A stretch of 64,000 nucleotides of DNA, taken from positions 34,558,787 to 34,622,786 of the forward strand of contig NC_068998.1 in the NCBI RefSeq assembly GCF_001194135.2. The letters run 5' to 3'. A program made the translations under genes and the position numbers. Under the pieces are notes generated by a model, which was given only the letters and a program-made list of their open reading frames with translations, made no database searches and was not told the DNA's origin. Of this stretch, positions 54,860-64,000 are shown piece by piece. The DNA is from Octopus bimaculoides. Lineage: Eukaryota. Within the stretch, counting starts at the first letter, position 1. Each line of letters opens with the position of its first letter.

Positions 54860-55145
54860 CAGTGGCAGCTTGATGTTGTCAGCCACCAGCCCAGGTTCCA
54901 CTTCTCATTAGGTTGAGAAAAAAGTAAACTGTCAAGATATTAGTCACTTTCTGAAAGGTGCCTGTGGCAGTTGAGACCTCTGGCATTCTTGGTCCCCAGA
55001 CCATATCCCTGCTCACCACTGTTGGGGCAGAGATTGTTGTCTGCAAATGCAAGCCCCATGAGTTAGAGTGGCTGTTCCAGTGCATTTCCATTGCTATCCA
55101 CTAGGGCAGCGCCTTTTCTGTTTTGTCTGCTGGGGCCATGAGAAA
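54860..55145 (+). mobile_element. Relic of C-terminal restriction-like endonuclease region of a CRE-like non-LTR element
   Basis: SATSPGS...EKK..then VPVAVETSGILGPQTISLLTTVGAEI..PHELEWLFQCISIAIH*GSAFSVL. Confidence 0.68.
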
Positions 55146-57104
55146 TGTTTCAACATCGTGAGAGGCAAGATTCTCTATTATTTCATCATGCACACAATAA
55201 GCTTAAGAGTTCCTTTGTGTGTATTCAAAATTTTGAAAACTATTTTAATCTTGTTCATCAAAATCAAGAAAAAGAAAAACACTATCTCTCCTGAGAAATG
55301 GTTTATGTATGATTAATCCACTTGAAAAATTGTAGTTGACTGGAAAGAAAGAAATTTTTACTGATTGCTTTCATTTCATATAAATTTATGTCTTCTAAAA
55401 TCATATATGGCATAATGATATGATATAATATAATGTTGGATTATATAAGTAACAGTAATATACTGGTAGTATCAGGTAGTTACAACATATTTGGTTTGAG
55501 TACTACTGTCAGTATATAGGCCAAATATATTGATAATATACTAAGTCAATTAAATCGAATAGAAATACTCCCTGAAGAAAATTATCTTCTTGGGAGGTTG
55601 AAATAAATCTATATATTTCTTAAAAAGATATATTTTCTGTTTTTCCCAACTCTCCCTTACATCTATTTTCACCCATGGGATACTCTGGGAAATTCCTTTC
55701 AATTTGGCCTTTAACAATTATTTTTCTTTCTCTCTACCACCAACAAACCTCATCTCCTTCTTCATCTCCTAGACGTGTCTTGCTATGTCTTGGCATTGTT
55801 TCATGTGTCTACACAATTATTTGATTAGTGCTTCTCATTATTCTTCACAGGCTGCTCTAAATACAGTCACTGTCAATTATTTGGTTGTTCTTCTCTTGCA
55901 TTTTACCCCCATTTAGATAAATAGACATTATGTATAACTAGTGTATGTTTTGAGACAAAGTATACAATGATGCATGCATATGCATCCATGTATGCATGTG
56001 TGTGTGTGTATGTGTGTGTGTGTATGTGTGTGTACATGTTTGTAACAGCTGGCACTTCATATCTGATTATTTATGTTTCACATTTACAATCATACGTAAC
56101 ACTTTCCTTTAGTATTATGTGTTGATTTACTCTCCGTTTAAGTACTTACATACTCAACATACAAAGGCATACATACTTACACATATGCACACATGCATTT
56201 TATACACACACACGCTCATACACATACACACACACTCATATACACACACATAGATGCACATGCATATATATGTATACATATATCTGCACACACATACACA
56301 TATGTATATATGCATATCATCATCATCATNNNNNNNNNNNNNNNNNNNNNNNNNNNNNNNNNNNNNNNNNNNNNNNNNNNNNNNNNNNNNNNNNNNNNNN
56401 NNNNNNNNNNNNNNNNNNNNNNNNNNNNNNNNNNNNNNNNNNNNNNNNNNNNNNNNNNNNNNNNNNNNNNNNNNNNNNNNNNNNNNNNNNNNNNNNNNNN
56501 NNNNNNNNNNNNNNNNNNNNNNNNNNNNNNNNNNNNNNNNNNNNNNNNNNNNNNNNNNNNNNNNNNNNNNNNNNNNNNNNNNNNNNNNNNNNNNNNNNNN
56601 NNNNNNNNNNNNNNNNNNNNNNNNNNNNNNNNNNNNNNNNNNNNNNNNNNNNNNNNNNNNNNNNNNNNNNNNNNNNNNNNNNNNNNNNNNNNNNNNNNNN
56701 NNNNNNNNNNNNNNNNNNNNNNNNNNNNNNNNNNNNNNNNNNNNNNNNNNNNNNNNNNNNNNNNNNNNNNNNNNNNNNNNNNNNNNNNNNNNNNNNNNNN
56801 NNNNNNNNNNNNNNNNNNNNNNNNNNNNNNNNNNNNNNNNNNNNNNNNNNNNNNNNNNNNNNNNNNNNNNNNNNNNNNNNNNNNNNNNNNNNNNNNNNNN
56901 NNNNNNNNNNNNNNNNNNNNNNNNNNNNNNNNNNNNNNNNNNNNNNNNNNNNNNNNNNNNNNNNNNNNNNNNNNNNNNNNNNNNNNNNNNNNNNNNNNNN
57001 NNNNNNNNNNNNNNNNNNNNNNNNNNNNNNNNNNNNNNNNNNNNNNNNNNNNNNNNNNNNNNNNNNNNNNNNNNNNNNNNNNNNATATATATATATATAT
57101 AAGG

Positions 57105-57280
57105 AGAATTCACGAAAAAACAACAGACGAAGACAGATGGTGTAAAAAACAAATGGATGTATTAGTATAATATTCAGGAATAGAGAAAGTCTATAACATT
57201 TCGAGCCTACGCTCTTCAACAGAAAGGAACACAGAAAGAAACAAGGAGAGAAAAAAATATGTGTAGTGGTCAGTGATCCA
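57105..57280 (-). repeat. Probable Penelope-type terminal repeat fragment carrying a degenerate hammerhead-like motif
   Basis: Minus strand ctgttga-a-gagc-gtag-gctc-gaaa-tgtta at 57194-57222. Confidence 0.4.
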
Positions 57281-57930
57281 TATATGTACATACATATATT
57301 TACACACACACTCTCACACACACACGATATGTATGTGTGTATCTATGTATATAAATATATCAATTTATTTATTTAGTATTGACAACAAAATCAGTTTCAC
57401 TCAGTGAGCTTCTCAAAGTGTTATTAAAATTTTAGAAGAATACATCTATAAGTCAGATTATTGCAATATATTAATTGCACAGATGTAAATTAATGACACA
57501 TAAAATGAGGCTGAGATATTTCAATGAGTGAATCATAACAAGTCGTACATAAGTTAAACTTAATAAAATTAAAGAATGAATTAATGAATAATTTTCAAAA
57601 CTTTAATGGATGGTTTTCAAATATTTAGTGCTGCAGAGATGTGCTGATTATTGAAGGAGGTATAGGAAGAGAAATAACTTTTTCTTTACTAGGGTATTTA
57701 AATATGAGGTTTGTCAAGAGAGAGACAGACAGACAGACCGATAAATTGAGGGAGGAAGGGAGAGAGAAGGGAAATGGACACAAAGGAAAATGAGAAAATA
57801 CCACTGTGCTTGTAAAACTGAAATTAATATTGTTATTAGTATGATTATATAATATCAATTAGTTGCAAGTTATGTTAGGTTAAATGTGTAATGAAACAAC
57901 AGTAGTGTGTGCTTACTTAGGATATCTATA

Positions 57931-58505
57931 TATCTGACACTGCCAAATCAGATTGGAGCCTGGTGTAGCCATCTGGTTTCACCATTCCTCAGTCAAATCG
58001 TCCAACCCATGCTAGCATGGAAAGCGGACGTTAAACGACGACGACGATATATATGTGCTGTGCATGAGAAGACCCGGCAAGCCAAGTGAGATCGTTGCCA
58101 GTGCCCCTGGACTGGCTCTTGTGCGGGTGGCATATAAGATGCACCATTTTGAGCGTGACCATTGCCAGTGCCGCCTGACTGGCCTTCGTAGGGTTTTCGA
58201 GCGAGATCGTTGCCAGTGCCCTGGACTGGCTTTTGTGCGGGTGGCACATAAAAGACACCATTTCGAGCATGGCCGTTGCCAGTACCACCTGACTGGCCTT
58301 CGTGCGGGTGACACGTAAAAGCACCCACTACACTCTCTGAGTGGTTGGCGTTAGGAAGGTCATCCAGCTGTAGAAACTCTGCCAAATTAGATTGGATCCT
58401 GGTGTTGCCATCCGGTTTCACCAGTCCTCAGTCAAATCGTCCAACCCATGCTAGCATGGAAAGCAGACGTTAAACGATGATGATGATGATGATGATGATG
58501 ATGAT
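57931..58505 (+). mobile_element. Two tandem RTE tails (short copy 57931-58047; modular copy 58066-58505)
   Basis: Both end ccaacccatgctagcatggaaagc.gacgttaaac plus (GAC/GAT)n. Confidence 0.88.
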
Positions 58506-59140
58506 ATGAAAATATGGGTGTGTTTATGAATGTGTATATGAGTGATAGTGCATATAAGATTACATATGCATGTGTGAGGGTATACTTATGTCCCCATATA
58601 CATATATGTCCCCATATACATATATGGATAAACTGGATGGATATATGTAGGTGCATGTACAGTCCTTACTAATATATATATAAAAAAAAACATAACATTT
58701 TGTATGTCTAAAAGTATGCATGTTTTCTAGGGTAGGAAGAGTGGCAACAATCCATGCCTCCTTAACCTTTTAGTCTGGTGTCTTATCTGTACGAGTGAAT
58801 AGGCATTATTTTTTTCTTTATTTTTCTTTTATCTTTTATGATCATGTATAATCCTTGACCACTGGCCAGAGCTATAAATTAATTAAGGAGTAGTTTTGAA
58901 CTAGTTGCCCTCTGTGTTTGTGACCCACTTTCTCTATAAATTCTGTTGTACTTTCTCAAAATTTTGCTTGCTGCACCATGGTTGGTGGTGAATCGGTCCC
59001 TTTCTGTTTCTGTCTTGATTATATGTTTAAAATTTACCTGAGAACAGCAGGTTCTTGCCATGATGTAATCTAAGAATGCCTCTATAAAGTGCTGCTGAAA
59101 GAGCTGTGGATTTTGAACCTATTTGCCTTCTTCTGATATA

Positions 59141-59384
59141 CTCTTTTATTCTTTTACTGGTTTCAGTCTTTTGACTGTGGCCATACTGGAGCACAGCCTT
59201 AAAGGGTTTTTAGGGATGAAGAAACTGACCAGGACTTATTCTTTGTAAGCCTGGTACTTATTCTGTTGATTTCTTTTGCTGAACTGTTAGAATTCAGGGT
59301 ATGTAAACACACCAACATTAGTTGTCAAGAAATGGTAGTGGGACAAATATAGACACAAAGACACACACACATAAATATATATGA

Positions 59385-59423
<39 letters not shown>

Positions 59424-59590
59424 CACACATAATGGGTTTCTTTCAGTTTCCATCTATCAAATCCACTCATAAGGATTTGGTCAACCCAAGCCTATAGTAG
59501 AAGACACTTGCCCAAGGTTCCATGCAGTGGGACTGAACCCAAAATTATGTAGTTGAGAAGCAAGCTTCTTACCACACAGCCACGCCTACA
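59141..59590 (-). mobile_element. SINE family 1 copy
   Basis: Complete tail, (TA)n and head. Confidence 0.85.
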
Positions 59591-59659
59591 CCTATACATA
59601 TAGGGTATGGTGAATAAACTGTTGTCTAAATTATGCAAAAATGAAAATAACACTGACAT

Positions 59660-59811
59660 CTCATTGATGGGATTAAAAAGCTTGTAAATAGATGGAAGGA
59701 AGTCACAGATAGTCAGGGAGAGTATATTGATGATTAAATTTCGATTAAATGTAACATTTGATCACTTGTTTTCTTTATTCAAAATTCAGACAGAACTTAT
59801 GGGATGACCTG
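59660..59811 (+). mobile_element. mariner 3' fragment with TIR
   Basis: DGIKKLVNRWKEVTDSQGEYIDD* then ttatgggatgacctga plus TA. Confidence 0.75.
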
Positions 59812-59904
59812 ATAGTATACTTGCCTGTTATTCCTACACCTGTCTTTGTCTTTGTTTTTCTATAAATTTTCTATAAATTTATATATATATATATATATAT
59901 ATAT

Positions 59905-60262
59905 GCGGGTGGCACATAAGATGTACCATCCTGAGCGTGACCGTTGCCAGTACCGCCTGACTGGCCTTGTAGGGTTTTCGAGCGAGATCGTTGCCAGTGC
60001 CCCTGGACTGGCTCTTGTGCGGGTGGCACATAAAAGACACCATTTCGAGCGTGGCCGTTTTCGTGCGGGTGACACGTAAAAGCACCCACTACACTCTGAG
60101 TGGTTGGCGTTAGGAAGGGCATCCAGCTGTAGAAACTCTGCCAAATTAGATTGGAGCCTGGTGTAGCCATCCGGTTGCACCAGTCCTCAGTCAAATCGTC
60201 CAACCCATGCTAGCAGGGAAAGCGGACGTTAAACGATGATGATGATGATGATGATGATGATA
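59905..60262 (+). mobile_element. RTE tail copy
   Basis: Near-identical to 1-232 and 58130-58505. Confidence 0.88.
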
Positions 60263-60856
60263 TATACGTATGTATATACACATACATACACATATGTATA
60301 TATGTATATACATACATATACAAGCAACAAGAAACTAACAACAGGTGTCTTTTGACTAATAGAGACAAATCAAGTTGAGCTGGCGTGTTTAGAGTGAAAT
60401 CCTTGAGGCAGGAACATAGGAGATGAACATAAGAGATGCAAGTCATGAGACAGGAATATAAGAGATGCTTCATGGCTGGCAGCTGAGCCAAGAAAGAAAG
60501 AAAGAAAGATCATGCTCGGCCAAACACCAGTCATGTGGAAGGAAAAGAGAGAGGTAGGTGGTAGAGGGATTGAAGAATTAGGGGGAGAATGAAAAAAAAT
60601 GTAAATCAAAGGATCATACGGAAGGTACAAGGGAGATAAAGGAGGAAAAGTAGGTAAATTAAAGAAAAAAAGGTCAAGAAATGTGACAGAGGGGGAACGA
60701 AAAAAGCAAAGAGGAAAGAAAGATGAAAGTATGAGGGGGGACTAAAAGAAAGAGTAAAAGAGTCGTACAGAATTTAAAGACATACAAGGTGAGCAAAAGT
60801 GTATGTACGCCACTATATGTTTATATAAATTCAAAAAATGGAACAAGAACACAACA

Positions 60857-60894
<38 letters not shown>

Positions 60895-60897
<3 letters not shown>

Positions 60898-61480
60898 GTT
60901 CATTTAACGCCCATTGTCCATGCTGGCATGGGTTGGGCGGTTTGACTGGGCTGGCACGCTGGAAGGCTGCACCAGACTCTAGTCTGATTTGGCATAGTTT
61001 TCTACGTCGTCTGGATGCCCTTCTTAATGCCAATCTCTCCGAGAGTGTAAAGGGTACTTTAACAGGCCACCAGCACGGGTGCCATTTTTGTATCATCAGG
61101 GAGTGTTTACATGTCACTGACATGGGTGCCAATTTGCATAACATAGGTATCTGCCATGAATGTAATTTTGCTCAGCTTGATGGGTCTTCTTCTCAAACAC
61201 AATATAATGCCAAAGGTCTTAGTCATTGCCTCCATGAGGCTCAACACTCAAAAGGAACTCAGGCACTTTGCCTCTGTGAGACCCAGTACTCGAAAGGAAC
61301 TCAGCCACTCTGCCTCCATCTAATCCAATGCTCAAGAGGAACTCAGTGACTTTGCTTCCATGAGGCCCAATGTTCAAAAGACATTCTTTACTTGCCACCA
61401 GCACAGGTGCACTTGGCTTGACAGGTCCTCCCAAGCACAGCACATTGCCAAATGTCTCAGTCACCAATCATTGCATCTGG
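60895..61480 (-). mobile_element. Diverged RTE 3' fragment
   Basis: catttaacgcccattgtccatgctggcatgggttgg start; internal triplicated ...caaggaactcag... units. Confidence 0.7.
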
Positions 61481-62197
61481 AATTTTAATCAAGAACATTT
61501 TACAACATCCAAACAACCATTCTCTCCTTCTTACATTAGTGAATACAAAGGAATTTAAAAAAGCAAGACCTTGAAATGTAATCTAAATTCTTACTGAAGA
61601 AAATTAAAAACAACATCTCGTCTTTCATTTAAAAACCTCACCCATTTGAATACAAAAAATTCCTTTCCTTCTCCCTGCAAAAGGTCATTAAAAAGGAAAA
61701 AAAAGCAACATATTGAATCCTAATCAAGCAAGTTTGACCACTCTGATATAAAAACCACGCCTCCTTTATCCCCACCTCTCAAAATTTTTTCTTTTTTTTT
61801 TTCCCTTCCTTCACAAACTCCCAAAGATCTCCTACTTTCTTTTCTCTTCTCTCTCTTCACTCTCTCTCACTCTCTCCTCTCTCACCCTTGCACCTACCTT
61901 TCTAATTTGCTCCTCTCTTTCCCCTCTCTTTCTCTCTCTCCCCCCTCTCTCCCCCTCTCCTTCTCATTCTTTCTAAAACATTATCCATTTCAGTTTATAT
62001 AAAGGTGAAACAAACCTACTATAAACCACTTTTTTGATAAATCCGATAACAGAAGAAACCATTAAAAATGTAGAAAAAAATATATATAATCATTCAACAT
62101 TCTAACTGCCTTATTATTCTCAATATTTGTACATCACTTCAAAAACGCTCTCTCTCTTTCTTTCTTTCTCTCTTTACACACACACATATGTTATGTA

Positions 62198-62352
62198 TGA
62201 TGGGCTACTTGTAATCTCCGTCTACCAAATCTACTCACAAGGATTTGGTCAGCCTGAGGCTATAGTAGAAGACACTAGTCCAAGGTGTCACGCATTGGGA
62301 CTGAACCAAGAACCATGTGGTTGGCAAGCAAGCTTCTTACCACACAGCCACA
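62198..62352 (-). mobile_element. SINE family 1, head half
   Basis: ggactgaaccaagaaccatgtggttggcaagcaagcttcttaccacacagcc. Confidence 0.8.
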
Positions 62353-62454
62353 TATATTTTATATATATATATTTTCATTTTTTTCATTTTATCTAGTTTC
62401 AACTCATGAGCTGTGGCCATGCTGGGGCACCACCATTTATATATGTATATATAT

Positions 62455-62489
<35 letters not shown>

Positions 62490-63307
62490 TAAAAATAAAT
62501 ACAAAAAAAGGGTTTTGTATGATCGTGTATATAGGAACATATTATTTTATTTAAAAGAGTTCCAACTCTGTTTTTTATGTTTTATTTATATTCTTGTAAA
62601 ATTAATGTGGGATATAGAATATGGAATATATAATATATAATATAAAAATAAATGGTAAAATGAAATGAAGTATTGAATGTCTTATTGAATATATGAAATA
62701 TAGAGAATTAAATATATNNNNNNNNNNNNNNNNNNNNNNNNNNNNNNNNNNNNNNNNNNNNNNNATATATACATGCTAGACCAAAGTAACCATTTGAATT
62801 ACTCTATTTTAGAAATTTTATTTTCATCACAGTGAATTGTATGTTGTTGATATAAGAATTTATAAATTTTAAAAATTTATAGCTTTATGTGCCTCAAGAT
62901 CCATTGTTCCAAAATAAGAATTATTTCTCTTAAAAATGTTATAAAATTCTTATGATGTCAACAACAGACAATCCTTATTGGTAAGAATAAATTTCGAAAA
63001 TGGATACGGAAATTTGAAGGCTTGCTTTGGTCCATTGGTATAACACCTGTCATGCTAAGTCCCAAGGGCAGCCGTTGACATTTTGTATGCTAAAGAATTC
63101 TTCAACCCAGTATTTGCATAATATTTATAGCTTTAAGAACCTTTGACATCCATTGTTCCAAAATAAAATTATTTCAAGTCCTCTCTAAAGTTGATACATA
63201 CCTACAATGTCAACAATGTATATATATATGCAAATGTATATATATATATATAGAAGAAAGAAGACTCATTTGATGATGATGATGATGATGATAGTAATAA
63301 TGATGTT

Positions 63308-63530
63308 CATCATCATCATCATCATCATCGTTTAACGTCCGCTTTCCATGCTAGCATGGGTTGGACGATTTGACTGAGGGCTGGTGAACCAGGTGGCTAC
63401 ACCAGGCTCTAATCTGATTTGGCAGAGTTTCTACAGCTGAATGCCCTTCCTAACGCCAACCACTCCGAGAGTGTAGTGGGTGCTTTTACATACCACCGGC
63501 ACGAAGGCCAGTCAGGCGGTACTGGCAACA
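63308..63530 (-). mobile_element. RTE tail copy (short)
   Basis: (CAT)n gtttaacgtccgctttccatgctagcatgggttggacga, near-identical to 10892-11110. Confidence 0.88.
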
Positions 63531-63585
63531 ATGTATATATATATGCAAATGTATATGTGTGTGTATATATATATATGTATGTATA

Positions 63586-64000
63586 CATGGTCTGATCAAA
63601 AGTATTGCAATTGGTGCTATAAAAAGAAAACTACAACATATATCAGTTCAGTATTTAATCTCTTTTGAAGAAGACCTTTTCTGAAGCCACACACTTTATC
63701 CAGAGTTATTTCCATTGATGGAAGCATTTCTGGAACTCCTTTATTGGGATAGTGAGCAGCTGCCTCATCACATTCTCTTAGATTTCCTCGACATCTTGAA
63801 ATCTTGTTCCTTTCAAGTGGGATTTGACTTTTGGAAAGAGGAAAAAGGTGTGAGGGTGAGATTTGGGGAATACGTTGGTTGTCAGGCCTGAGGAATGTTA
63901 TGCTCGGCGAAAATCTGCTACAATGGAAAACAGTTTTGGCACAAACTTAGCAGACACACGTCTCATACCTAAATCTTCAGAGAAAATGGACTGAACCGAA
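63586..64000 (-). mobile_element. mariner 3' end (runs off window)
   Basis: TA plus catggtctgatcaa TIR (like family C right end); minus YSPNL then frameshifted FPKVKSHLKGTRFQDVEEI*ENVMRQLLTIPIKEFQKCFHQWK. Confidence 0.88.

Noticed and set aside
56154-57321. Longest ORFs in the track (280-330 aa), also those at 11-11.7, 18.9-19.5, 32.5 and 49 kb
   Set aside because: Mostly X from N gaps plus dinucleotide repeats
58066-58330. Repeat-spacer-like periodicity suggesting a CRISPR array
   Set aside because: The intervening segments are themselves repeated, the block is an RTE 3' UTR, and there are no cas genes in this eukaryotic context
58879-59061. NHGAASKILRKY resembling paired-box VSHGCVSKIL
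   Set aside because: Too short, and the rest of the paired domain does not align
60505-60545. Possible third hammerhead remnant at the edge of a purine-rich repeat
   Set aside because: Core and stem II too degenerate to support

Overview
AT-rich, microsatellite-dense eukaryotic scaffold segment with many N gaps. Its repeat content looks like a coleoid cephalopod (Octopus-like) assembly; that is inferred from pattern recognition, not a database search. No intact host gene, tRNA/rRNA gene or CRISPR array can be supported. Almost all recognisable coding sequence is decayed transposable element: several mariner families (one full-length 1.27 kb copy nested in a hAT transposase relic, plus two internally deleted derivatives keeping only the DNA-binding half), a Tc1 element, two RTE-clade LINEs, many copies of a young RTE 3' tail built from hairpin modules, three Penelope-like elements (RT plus GIY-YIG), two relics of a restriction-like-endonuclease (CRE-type) retroelement, hAT- and piggyBac-type MITEs, and three tRNA-derived SINE families. 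Worth a second look: degenerate hammerhead-like motifs, a 23-bp GC-rich hairpin, inverted repeat pairs that could form dsRNA, an unclassified repeat with coding-like relics, and weak candidate minus-strand exons. Many boundaries are approximate (tens of bp). I found no convincing new biological system.
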